A stretch of 32,000 nucleotides of DNA from the NCBI RefSeq assembly GCF_000023965.1, contig NC_013202.1:2520001-2552000 (forward strand), read 5' to 3'. Positions 1 to 7,744 of this stretch are shown here, in pieces. Made by a program: the position numbers and the translations under genes. The DNA comes from Halomicrobium mukohataei DSM 12286 (lineage in GTDB: Archaea > Halobacteriota > Halobacteria > Halobacteriales > Haloarculaceae). The notes under the pieces were generated by a model, which was not told the DNA's origin, did no database searches, and worked only from the letters and a program-made list of their open reading frames with translations. Every line of letters starts with the position of its first letter. Position 1 is the first letter of the stretch.

Positions 1-11
1 GAGGTACGGAT

Positions 12-272
12 ATGGGCATCACACTCTATCAGCTCGAGGGCTGTCCGTACTGCGAGGCGGTCGCCGAGCGACTGGACGAGCTCGATATCGAGTACGACTC
101 GGTGTGGGTCGAGCCACGCCACTCCGAACGCGACGCCGTCAAGCGGGTCTCCGGACAGCGCGGTGTGCCCGTCCTCGTCGACGAGGACCGCGGCGTCACC
201 ATGGCCGAGTCCGAACGGATCCTCGAGTTCGTCGAGCGGAGCTACGCCCGACCGGGCGTCGAGACGACGTAG
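12..272 (+). CDS. Glutaredoxin-like thiol-disulfide oxidoreductase
   Basis: The 86-aa ORF has an N-terminal CPYC redox motif (LEGCPYCE) and a GVPVLVD thioredoxin-fold signature. Composition is acidic. Confidence 0.8.
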   Translation: MGITLYQLEGCPYCEAVAERLDELDIEYDSVWVEPRHSERDAVKRVSGQRGVPVLVDEDRGVTMAESERILEFVERSYARPGVETT

Positions 273-895
273 GCGAGTGCCGTCCCGATCGCCACGAACA
301 CCATCGGAAACAGGAACATCGCGACGAGTGTCCACAGGAGCGCGGGAGCCGAGACCGCCTGTGCGGTCTCACCCGTGATCCGCCGGACGAAGACGAACGA
401 ACCGAGCGCCCCGACGGCGACGTAGGGAATGGCAAAGCCCGTGGCGACCATCGCGCTCTCTTCTGTGCCCCCGACTGTCACCGGCGGCGTCCGCTGGCGC
501 TCGAAGAGGAACCCGGCAGCGAGGAGCACGACGACCGGAAGGGCGAAAAAGAGGACGGCCGGAAAGAACGGCTGGCCATAGAGGAGATTGTTCAGTCCCG
601 ACCCGGCCTGGACTCCCTGCGAGACCGTCGTCGCGATCGGAACGTGGTGTGCGCTGTACACCACGTAGACGTACTGGACGGCCTTCTGCCAGAGCGACCA
701 CTCCGCCCTGGTGACTGCGGATCCCGAGAGCGCGAGCGCGACGACGATCGCGGCGTACTGGACGGCGAGTGTCCCGACCGACGCGAGGGCCGCACGGAGC
801 CACGGAAACTCCGTGAGCGAGGGCTTCAACAGTGGCTGGTCTGCTGCTGTCGAGGCCGCCGAGTCGTCGGTCGCGTCGGTCGTGCTGTCTGTCAC
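242..895 (-). CDS. Integral membrane protein of unknown function
   Basis: The 217-aa ORF has a GTG start, an acidic N-terminal tail and several long hydrophobic segments (for example FFPAVLFFALPVVVLLAAGFLF and LLWTLVAMFLFPMVFVAIGTALAYV). Its 3' end overlaps the convergent glutaredoxin gene by 31 bp. Confidence 0.6.
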   Translation of the reverse strand: MTDSTTDATDDSAASTAADQPLLKPSLTEFPWLRAALASVGTLAVQYAAIVVALALSGSAVTRAEWSLWQKAVQYVYVVYSAHHVPIATTVSQGVQAGSGLNNLLYGQPFFPAVLFFALPVVVLLAAGFLFERQRTPPVTVGGTEESAMVATGFAIPYVAVGALGSFVFVRRITGETAQAVSAPALLWTLVAMFLFPMVFVAIGTALAYVVSTPGRA

Positions 896-946
896 TGGTA
901 CCTACACGTACGAATCGCGAACACCGCAAAAAGCGTTCCGGTGGTC

Positions 947-1357
947 CTACTCGTCTCCCTCGAACTCCAGGGCCGCGCCGTTGATGCAGTAGCGTTTGCC
1001 GGTCGGCTCGGGACCGTCGTCGAAGACGTGGCCGAGGTGGCCCTCGCAGTTCGCACAGACTACCTCTGTGCGGTCCATGCCGTGGCTGGTGTCCCGACGG
1101 GTCTCGATCGCGCCCTCGTCGTACACGTCCCAGAAGCTCGGCCAGCCCGTCTCGGAGTCGAACTTCTCCCCGCTGTCGAACAGCGCCGTCCCACAGCCCG
1201 CACACTGGAACTGCCCGTCGTCTTTCACGTCGATCAGGTCGCTACTGAACCGCGGCTCGGTGCCCTGCTCTCGCAGGACCCGGTACTCCTCCTCCGTGAG
1301 GATCTCGCGCCACTCCTCGTCGTTGTCCGCCGTTTCGTCGGTGGTTTTCTCACTCAT
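947..1357 (-). CDS. msrB: Peptide-methionine (R)-S-oxide reductase MsrB
   Basis: SelR/MsrB signatures are present: CAGCGTALFDSGEKFDSETGWPSFWD, RTEVVCANCEGHLGHVFDDGP and RYCINGAALEF. I chose the internal ATG at 1357 (MSEKTTDE...) over the longer ORF start at 1417. Confidence 0.9.
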   Translation of the reverse strand: MSEKTTDETADNDEEWREILTEEEYRVLREQGTEPRFSSDLIDVKDDGQFQCAGCGTALFDSGEKFDSETGWPSFWDVYDEGAIETRRDTSHGMDRTEVVCANCEGHLGHVFDDGPEPTGKRYCINGAALEFEGDE

Positions 1358-1413
1358 AGCTCCCCATTGGGGACGGAGACACAAAAGCGTAGAGCGATCG
1401 GACAGAGACCGCA

Positions 1414-2469
1414 TCACTCGTCCGACGCCACCGCGCTGGCTCTCGGGCTATCACCGGCGTGGGGAGTCACACGGTCCCGGACCGTCGCCCCGTGGACGCT
1501 CTCGGTCGTGTCGTCGACGACGACGACCTCGCCGGGACTGGTGGGTAGTTGCTCTGCCAGCGAGCCGGTCAGGTACGTCGGCTGGGCTGCCGTGAGCGCC
1601 TCGATGTCGCGGCCCGACGTGAGCCGGTGGGCCACGAGCAGGTCGGTCTGAGAGCGGCCGACGGCCGGGACGGCGCTCGGGCGCTGTGTCGCACAGACGA
1701 GGCTGACGCCCGGCGTTCGCCCGCGCGTGAGGAGCCGTCGCAGGCCCGGTTCGGCGACGCCGTCGAAGAACGCGTGGGCCTCGTCGACGAGCAGCCAGGG
1801 GAGCCGTTCGATCCGCCCTTCGATCCGCCCCCGATAGAGGAGGTCACAGATCGCCCTGACGACGGCGTTGGCCGGAGCACGGTCCAGCGTCGACACGTCG
1901 ACGACCGTCACCGTCCCGTCGGCGAGAGCCGTCGCAGTCACTCCCGCCGGATCGAACACCCCCCAGCGCTGTGCCATCTCGAGGTGGTTGTGAACGGTTC
2001 TGACCGCGCCCGCCGACGCGTCGATCGCCTGGACCGACGTGCGCATCTCCGAGATCGATCCGCCCTCGCTGGCGGCCCGCCAGAGCAGACTGCCCGCGGT
2101 ACTGTCGGGGGCCAGCCCCAGCAGCCGACACCACGTCCGGGGCGACAGCGACGACGGCGCGACCCGCGGCTCGTCGACCACGGTGGCCGGAACCGGATCG
2201 CCGCTGGCGTCGGCCGTCAGCGTTCCGAACTCTCCCATCGCGTCGACGAGCACCGGACCGGTCCCGCCAGCGCGCGCGAGTCCCTCCGCGATCACACCCA
2301 GCGTGTAGGACTTCCCGTATCCTCGCTTGCCCACGATCGTGACGGCGTGTGGCCGGTCGAGATCGAGATGGACCGGGCCGACGCCGCTGCCGTCACTCGC
2401 GCGATAGGTGCCGAGTCTGACCGTCGGGCCGCCGTCGAGACCACGCTCGCGTCCGAGTACGAAGGTCAC
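1414..2469 (-). CDS. P-loop NTPase, HerA/FtsK-like (DUF87-type) ATP-binding protein, short form
   Basis: Walker A is VTIVGKRGYGKSYT and Walker B-like is LPWLLVDEAHAFF, followed by SLVCATQRPS, which is typical of HerA/FtsK-class ATPases. The start is GTG. At 351 aa it is shorter than canonical HerA. Confidence 0.65.
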   Translation of the reverse strand: MTFVLGRERGLDGGPTVRLGTYRASDGSGVGPVHLDLDRPHAVTIVGKRGYGKSYTLGVIAEGLARAGGTGPVLVDAMGEFGTLTADASGDPVPATVVDEPRVAPSSLSPRTWCRLLGLAPDSTAGSLLWRAASEGGSISEMRTSVQAIDASAGAVRTVHNHLEMAQRWGVFDPAGVTATALADGTVTVVDVSTLDRAPANAVVRAICDLLYRGRIEGRIERLPWLLVDEAHAFFDGVAEPGLRRLLTRGRTPGVSLVCATQRPSAVPAVGRSQTDLLVAHRLTSGRDIEALTAAQPTYLTGSLAEQLPTSPGEVVVVDDTTESVHGATVRDRVTPHAGDSPRASAVASDE

Positions 2470-2515
2470 GTCGCCGTGTCGTTCCGTCCTGCCTCAAAAA
2501 GGTCCGGTCCCGTCG

Positions 2516-2752
2516 TCACAGCCGGCTCAATCGCCCCGTCACGTCGTCCATCCACTCGGGCACGTCCAGGTTCGCCAGCGTGCCGTCTTCCCAGGTCGTC
2601 ACCACGTCCACGTCGCCGTCGCGCGTCACGTCGATGCGCCACTTCCGGCCGTCCTCCGCGGTGACGTCGAAGCGTCCTCCGCCGTTCGAGAGCGGCTTGA
2701 CGTGTTCGACCGTGACGGTATCCCCCGTGTACAGCTCCAGCGTGTCGCCCAT
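2516..2752 (-). CDS. Small acidic hypothetical protein (beta-rich)
   Basis: The 78-aa ORF starts at the ATG at 2752 (MGDTLELY...). A TATA-like GATTTAAG lies about 29 nt upstream on the minus strand (2774..2788), which fits a leaderless mRNA. It sits 46 nt upstream of the ATPase gene on the same strand. Confidence 0.5.
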   Translation of the reverse strand: MGDTLELYTGDTVTVEHVKPLSNGGGRFDVTAEDGRKWRIDVTRDGDVDVVTTWEDGTLANLDVPEWMDDVTGRLSRL

Positions 2753-2863
2753 ATCCGACTGCGGGGGTCGCACGGACTTAAATCACGCACCCGACGGCGA
2801 TCGGTGCTCTCTCCGGCGGCCGCTGTCCCCACCAGCCGCCGTCGGAATCGAACGAAATCAGCG

Positions 2864-2874
2864 ATTTTTAATTG
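2864..2874 (+). promoter_or_regulatory. TATA-box-like element for the PRC-barrel gene (leaderless spacing)
   Basis: ATTTTTAATTG is an AT island in GC-rich DNA. It is centred about 28 nt upstream of the ATG at 2897. Confidence 0.5.
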
Positions 2875-2896
2875 TGTTCAGACCGACGACACGAGC

Positions 2897-3157
2897 ATGG
2901 TCCTCGCAAGCAGCCTCCCCGAAAAGCCAGTGATACGCACCGACGGCAAAGCACTCGGTGTGGTTCACAACCTGACGATGGAGATAGACACCGGCGAGCT
3001 GGCGACGCTGATCGTCGAAACCGACCCGTCCGACGACGTTCCGGAGACACTGGAGCGGACTGACGACGGCCATCTCCGCGTCCCCGCAGACCGAGTGGAC
3101 GGCGTCGGCGACCAGGTCGTGGTCCGCCCACCCGACTCTCCGAACGACCAGCGGTAA
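2897..3157 (+). CDS. PRC-barrel domain protein
   Basis: The 86-aa ORF shows the pattern EKPVIRTDGKALGVVHNLTMEIDTGELATLIVE, typical of archaeal PRC-barrel proteins. I used the internal ATG at 2897 because the longer ORF from 2408 is arginine-rich shadow sequence. Confidence 0.6.
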   Translation: MVLASSLPEKPVIRTDGKALGVVHNLTMEIDTGELATLIVETDPSDDVPETLERTDDGHLRVPADRVDGVGDQVVVRPPDSPNDQR

Positions 3158-3359
3158 CACTGCCGGCCGTCGCTGTTTCGTGCGGCCAGTTGTACCGATC
3201 TCCCGGTGAGCGCCTGCGATATCGACGCTCACTGGCAGGCGGCGACGTTCCGTCTCGGGAGCGTCGCGAGGTTCTGACCCACCGGCGACCGCGTTGGTCG
3301 ACTGGCTACCGTCTCCGAGCCGGTGATCCGCCGACGGTGTGCGGTGCTGGGCTCGTCGT

Positions 3360-3443
3360 TATAGTAGCCATTGAAAATCAATGCACACCCGATCGCACGA
3401 CAGCAGTGCGATCGGTGTGTAAATCGTTTCAATTGTTACTATA
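3360..3443. repeat. 84-bp AT-rich palindromic element, copy A (perfect inverted copy at 19803..19886)
   Basis: The sequence is TATAGTAGCCATTGAAAATCAATGCACACCCGATCGCACGACAGCAGTGCGATCGGTGTGTAAATCGTTTCAATTGTTACTATA. It is 84/84 identical to the reverse complement of 19803..19886, and identity stops exactly at both ends. It has 7-bp terminal inverted repeats (TATAGTA/TACTATA) and a central GC-rich hairpin. Confidence 0.95.
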
Positions 3444-3464
3444 CGACGTGTGAAAATCGGGAGG

Positions 3465-3538
3465 AGCCAGGGGTGGGATTTGAACCCACGAACTCTCGAT
3501 TACAAGTCGAGTGCTTGGACCACCCAAGCTCCCCTGGC
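3465..3538 (-). tRNA. tRNA-Thr (anticodon UGU)
   Basis: I folded a 74-nt cloverleaf by hand. The acceptor is GCCAGGG/CCCTGGC, the D stem GCTT/AAGC, the anticodon stem CTCGA/TCGAG with loop CTTGTAA, and the T arm GTGGG-TTCAAAT-CCCAC. The discriminator is U and CCA is not encoded. Position 8 is G rather than the usual U. Confidence 0.9.
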
Positions 3539-3564
3539 GCAGGCGGTAATTATGCGGGGACCAT

Positions 3565-4032
3565 TTAGAGGGTATCGCTTTCGGTCGACTTTTCGAAGGC
3601 GATGCGGTGGGGGTCGTAGCCGTGGCGACGGTAGAATCGGCGGGCCGCGTCGTTGTCTGCCATCGCCTCCAGGGTGACACAGTCGGCGTCGCGATCGACC
3701 AGCTCGGATTCTGCGGCCGCCAGCAGCGCCGTCCCGATCCCCTGGTTCCGGTCGTCGGGCCGCACGTAGATGTTTCTGATCAGACCGCGGGTCCGGTCCT
3801 GGCGGTACTCGCCGGTTTCGACGGTGAACATCACGAAGCCGACGACGGTGCGGTCGACGACCGCGACGGCGAGTTCGTCCGCGACGGTGTGTCTGAGGAC
3901 GGCGTCCCGCGCGGTCGAGCGGTTCTCCTCGGGGAGAATGTGTGAGCCGTGGCTGCGCTGGCCGCTGGCCAACTCGATCCACAGTTCGGTAATGTCGTCG
4001 ACCTGACCGGTCGACGCGAGGGCAATCTCCAT
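3565..4032 (-). CDS. GNAT family N-acetyltransferase
   Basis: The 155-aa ORF has an acetyl-CoA binding motif (IYVRPDDRNQGIGTALL) and a C-terminal NDAARRFYRRHGY signature. Confidence 0.85.
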   Translation of the reverse strand: MEIALASTGQVDDITELWIELASGQRSHGSHILPEENRSTARDAVLRHTVADELAVAVVDRTVVGFVMFTVETGEYRQDRTRGLIRNIYVRPDDRNQGIGTALLAAAESELVDRDADCVTLEAMADNDAARRFYRRHGYDPHRIAFEKSTESDTL

Positions 4033-4041
4033 ACGGTCGGT

Positions 4042-4635
4042 TCAGATGTCTCGACAGTCGTCACAGAGGAGCTGCCCGTTGAACGCAGCCAGGTTACGGG
4101 CGAGCGAGCCACACTGCTCGCAGATGCCCTGATCGTCGAAGGGCTCGTCGGGGATCGTCTGGCCCGCCGTCGCGGTGGCACCGGCCGCCGCCACCTCGTC
4201 GGCCACCGTCTGACTCGCGGTCTGTCCCATCGCCTCCTGGGCGGTCGCCTCGCTGCCCAGCGCCGACGTGGCCAGAATATCGTGTTCCGTGACGATGCCT
4301 GCCGGCTCGCCGCCGTCGGAGACGACGAGCCAGCTGGTCGACCACGACGACATCCGGTCGCGCGCCTCCGGCAGCGTCTCCTCGGCGGCGACGGTCGGGA
4401 CGGACTCGGTCATCACGTCTTCGACCGTCGCCCCCGACGGATCGCCGTCGGAGACGAGGTGGGCGAGCACGTCCCTGTCGGTGACGACGCCGACCGGCTC
4501 GGAGCCGCGCAGCACGACGGCCAGATCGGCCTCCTCCCGAAGCAGCAGTTCCGACGTTTCCAGAACGCCGTCCGATTCGCTCACGCCGACGAACTCGCGT
4601 TCCATCACCTCCCGCACTGTCACGTTCTCGTTCAT
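4042..4635 (-). CDS. CBS domain-pair protein with C-terminal zinc-ribbon
   Basis: Two CBS-like repeats are present (VGVVTDRDVLAHL and AGIVTEHDILAT), followed by an acidic linker and CEQCGS...CDDC. I preferred the ATG at 4635 (MNENVTVREVM) to the GTG at 4650. Confidence 0.75.
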   Translation of the reverse strand: MNENVTVREVMEREFVGVSESDGVLETSELLLREEADLAVVLRGSEPVGVVTDRDVLAHLVSDGDPSGATVEDVMTESVPTVAAEETLPEARDRMSSWSTSWLVVSDGGEPAGIVTEHDILATSALGSEATAQEAMGQTASQTVADEVAAAGATATAGQTIPDEPFDDQGICEQCGSLARNLAAFNGQLLCDDCRDI

Positions 4636-4718
4636 GGTAGCTGGTAACACACTGGTGCCCTAAAAGCTACCTGCACTACGCTTATACCCGCCGCGTCCGA
4701 ACGGTAAGGACTGGGCCG

Positions 4719-5480
4719 TCAGAACTCGATCGTGACGTCGTCGCCGGTCGCTCGGCACTCTTCGAGGGCGTGCTTCGCGGTGATTCCGGCGTCGGCGGCG
4801 ACGGCACCGCGGCCGACACCGACCTTCAGTTCGACGCCGACGGTCTCCTGGACGTGATCGATCGCCTCCCGGTAGTCGGCTTCGTCCAGTTCCGGACACG
4901 TCGCGATGACGTTGTCTCCGCCGACGAAGAAGGCCAGCGAGTCGTGAGCTCGTCGCATGTGGCGCATCAACTCGGCGTACCCCTGCTCGATCTCGATGAA
5001 CGTGTCGAACTCGTTGAGCTGGTCGGTGTACTTCTCGGTCGCGTCGTTCACGTCGAAGTGGGCGATCTGTACGTCTTCGTCGGTGCGGAACTCCTCGTCG
5101 ACGACGCGTCCCTTGAGGATCTCTCGGCGGTGTTCGTCCTGCGCGCTCCCGGCCGCCTGGAGCTGCTCGGTCGCGGTGCCCAGCGCCTCGGCCGGCGTCG
5201 TCCCGGTCGCGACGCTCAGACTCATCGTCACGGGATATCGGTTCGCGACCGACTCCTGGATGAGCGCGTGATCGTCGAGATCGACGCCGTTGCTGACCGC
5301 GATCATGTTGTCGAACCGGGTGAAGAAGACGTACGCGTCTCGGTTCCCGAACAGCTGAGAGAGATCGGCAAAGAGGCGCGACTGGAGGGTCTGGAGATCC
5401 ACTTCACGGCGTGGCTCCGGCGTCACCGTCCACGGCCCGTAGTTGTCGATCTGTATGTGGGTCACCTGCGTGTTGGTCAC
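4719..5480 (-). CDS. gch3: GTP cyclohydrolase III (archaeal GTP cyclohydrolase IIa family)
   Basis: The N-terminus MTNTQVTHIQIDNYGPWTVTPEPRRE and the later FVGGDN motif are characteristic of archaeal GTP cyclohydrolase III. The ORF is 253 aa. Confidence 0.8.
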   Translation of the reverse strand: MTNTQVTHIQIDNYGPWTVTPEPRREVDLQTLQSRLFADLSQLFGNRDAYVFFTRFDNMIAVSNGVDLDDHALIQESVANRYPVTMSLSVATGTTPAEALGTATEQLQAAGSAQDEHRREILKGRVVDEEFRTDEDVQIAHFDVNDATEKYTDQLNEFDTFIEIEQGYAELMRHMRRAHDSLAFFVGGDNVIATCPELDEADYREAIDHVQETVGVELKVGVGRGAVAADAGITAKHALEECRATGDDVTIEF

Positions 5481-5678
5481 GGTTGGCTCACTGTTGGCGA
5501 GGGACGGCTATTGTTCTGTCGGAACGGTCCGTCGAACCGGGACCGGTGCAGACGCGACGACAATCGTATCAGAGACGGCGCTGGGCGACCACTGCGTCGT
5601 CGGCCAGCGCCACCGTGGCAACCAGCGAGTCGGCGGCGCGCGAAAGACTGTGTCGCGGTCACATGCTCCACGCGCCCA

Positions 5679-5978
5679 CTACGCGTGTTCGAGACGGTAG
5701 GGCCAGTAATCGGCCGACCGAAGCGCACGCCCCAGTGCCTTGTGGAACTCCGGGAAGTCCTCGAACTCCGAGCCGTCGACGTGCTCGAAGATGTCGGCGA
5801 CGGACACGACGGTCTCGTAGTCGATTCGAACCGGGTGGTCGCCGTACTCCGCGACGAACTCCTCGGCCGACAGCGGGAAGTCTGCCTCCTCGTCGATCTT
5901 CTTTGCGATCACCGCATGGCCGTACTTTCGACGCCCTTCACTCCCTTTTTCGCCGTCGGGATCGTGTGGCCAGTCCAT
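5679..5978 (-). CDS. Conserved-looking acidic hypothetical protein
   Basis: The 99-aa ORF starts at the ATG at 5978 (MDWPHDPDGEKG...); the longer ORF begins at a TTG at 6005. Composition is acidic and I recognise no motif. Confidence 0.5.
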   Translation of the reverse strand: MDWPHDPDGEKGSEGRRKYGHAVIAKKIDEEADFPLSAEEFVAEYGDHPVRIDYETVVSVADIFEHVDGSEFEDFPEFHKALGRALRSADYWPYRLEHA

Positions 5979-6016
5979 ACCGGATGGGTAGGGTGACCCA
6001 CGCAAAAATCTCTCGG

Positions 6017-7375
6017 TTACCAGCGTTGGAGCGCGACGAGGAGGACGCCGATCACCGCGACACCGCCACCGATCGCGATCTCGGTGAGTCCAACGTCGAA
6101 CTCCGAGACGGACTCCGGCAGGGACACGTCGAACCCGCCGTCGGAGCCGGGGGAACTGGCGTCGCCCGTCTCCGTCTGGCTCTCGCCGTCGTCGGACTCC
6201 GACGTGTCGTCCCCGCCCGTCGCCTGCCCGCTGTCGGCCTCGGTCTGTTCGCCGTCACCCGTCTCGACGACGACGCTACCGACGGACTGCTCGTCGAGGG
6301 CGACACGGTAGTTCCCGTCGCGACTGATCGCCTCGGACACGGTGATCTGGCGCGTCTCGCCGGGTCCGAGCGTCACGGTCTCGTTGCTGACGGCAGTCCC
6401 GTCGACTCGCAGCGATGCCGTGTACTCGCCGGCCACGTCGCCCGCGTTGGTGACGTTCGCGCTGACGGACAGCTCCTTCTCGACGCCGTTCTCGCTGGTC
6501 GACAGCGTGTGTCCGCTGACCTCGAACACCGGGACGACCGAGCCGACGAACAGCGTCTCGGTCTCGTTGGTCCGGGCCTCGTAGACGTAGCGACCGTCAG
6601 CGGGGCCTTCGAACGTCGTGTTGGTTCGCTGGACGGCTCCGTCCGTACCGCTGTAGATCTCGACTTCGTCGCTGTCCACGTCGGTCGCGTCGATCACGGA
6701 CTGGTTGACCGCGATCCGGACGCGTCGGTCGTCCACGTCGGCGGCCTGCTGGACGGTGACGCCACCGAAGACGGTGGTCCCGTCACCTGACGGGAGGGAG
6801 AACGGCACCGTCTCCGGATCGGTGTAGGTCGCGACCGTCCGGTTGAACCTGTCTCTGCTGGTCCCGAAGGTGAGCGAGTCGACGGCCAGCGAGTCGTTCG
6901 TCGTCGGGAAGGTGACGGTAACTGGCCCGGTCCCGTCGACCGCGCCGGTGCGGACCCTCATGGTCCGTCCGTCGGACCGATACTCGGTCGTCCGCGCGAC
7001 CGCACGATCGACGCGAACCGTCCCGGCCGTCTTCGAGTTGGCGACGATCTCGTACTCACCGGGTTCGTCGAAGGTGAGCGGGACCCGTACGGTCCGCGAT
7101 CCGCCGCTCTCGACGGCGTAGTTTTCCGAGCGGATCTCCTCGCCGTTGGACGTGATCGTGACGCGACCGGCACCGTCGTCCTCGCCGGTGTTTCGGAGCT
7201 TGATCTTCACGTCGACGCTATCGCCCGTCGCAGTCGTCTTTTCAGTCAACGACGCACCTGCGACGAACACGCGCGGTGCAGCCAGTGCCGGCCCGATACT
7301 ACTGACGACCAGCAGTCCGGCGACGAGAAGCGCCAGACCGGTCCCGAATCTCGACGACGTTGTGTTGCTCGACAT
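6017..7375 (-). CDS. Secreted/cell-surface protein with N-terminal signal peptide and C-terminal TM anchor
   Basis: The N-terminus is MSSNTTSSRFGTGLALLVAGLLVVSSIGPALAAP. The body is long, beta-rich and T/V/D-rich, followed by an acidic Ser/Asp/Gly linker and a C-terminal hydrophobic anchor (IAIGGGVAVIGVLLVALQRW). I chose the ATG at 7375. Confidence 0.7.
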   Translation of the reverse strand: MSSNTTSSRFGTGLALLVAGLLVVSSIGPALAAPRVFVAGASLTEKTTATGDSVDVKIKLRNTGEDDGAGRVTITSNGEEIRSENYAVESGGSRTVRVPLTFDEPGEYEIVANSKTAGTVRVDRAVARTTEYRSDGRTMRVRTGAVDGTGPVTVTFPTTNDSLAVDSLTFGTSRDRFNRTVATYTDPETVPFSLPSGDGTTVFGGVTVQQAADVDDRRVRIAVNQSVIDATDVDSDEVEIYSGTDGAVQRTNTTFEGPADGRYVYEARTNETETLFVGSVVPVFEVSGHTLSTSENGVEKELSVSANVTNAGDVAGEYTASLRVDGTAVSNETVTLGPGETRQITVSEAISRDGNYRVALDEQSVGSVVVETGDGEQTEADSGQATGGDDTSESDDGESQTETGDASSPGSDGGFDVSLPESVSEFDVGLTEIAIGGGVAVIGVLLVALQRW

Positions 7376-7559
7376 CTGTAACACTCTGTTTGATTGAACA
7401 ACTTAGCACCACGGTATAAGCTTCGTGTTTTGTGAAAGCGATTTTTTCGCGTTCGGTTCACCTCTCGACCGACGCCTCGGACGACGACGATGGCGGCCAT
7501 ACTGCTGGGGAGAGTTCGTGTCGTGCCGTCGCTACGCAGCGCTGGTCGGGGTAACACAG

Positions 7560-7641
7560 CGGTGGGACTGGGATTTGAACCCAGGAGGCTTGCGCCACCT
7601 GCTTTCAAGGCAGGCGCAATGGGCCGCTCTGCCATCCCACC
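7560..7641 (-). tRNA. tRNA-Ser (anticodon UGA), class II with long variable arm
   Basis: I folded an 82-nt cloverleaf by hand. The acceptor is GGTGGGA/TCCCACC, the anticodon stem CCTGC/GCAGG with loop CTTGAAA, the variable arm is 13 nt (TGGCGCAAGCCTC), and the T arm is CTGGG-TTCAAAT-CCCAG. The discriminator is G. Confidence 0.9.
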
Positions 7642-7744
7642 ACAGGGCAGTCGTCGATAGCCGGGGGTCGGCCTAAGGAGTGTCGATTGTGGCTGGCGGC
7701 GGCGAGCCCAAAGACCGAAGACAGGGGCCGTCGAAGCGGGAGTG

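Noticed and set aside
104-1651. Very long ORFs rich in Arg/Pro/Gly in alternative frames. Examples are 104..1651, 369..1205, 5411..6790, 10315..11292, 27971..29227 and 30332..31102.
   Set aside because: These are typical shadow ORFs of high-GC DNA. They have extreme Arg content, overlap motif-bearing genes in other frames or on the other strand, and carry no recognisable motifs.
3158-3359. The 200-bp GC-rich gene-free stretch between the PRC-barrel gene and repeat copy A as a gene remnant or ncRNA.
   Set aside because: All six frames give only short or arginine-rich ORFs, and I could see no convincing secondary structure or repeat. There is not enough evidence to call anything.
3360-3443. 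The 84-bp palindromes as replication-origin ORB elements.
   Set aside because: No orc1/cdc6 gene is nearby. There is no G-string ORB consensus and no AT-rich unwinding element between closely spaced repeats. The copies are 16 kb apart.
3360-3443. The 84-bp element as a PATE/MITE derivative of the resident IS200/IS605 copy.
   Set aside because: It has no similarity to the IS left or right ends (no CCGTTCACGGCG core). The hairpin sequence and the termini are different.
6017-7375. A PGF-CTERM/archaeosortase sorting signal on the surface protein.
   Set aside because: The C-terminus has an acidic linker and a TM helix but no PGF tripeptide directly before the helix. I call it only a C-terminal TM anchor.
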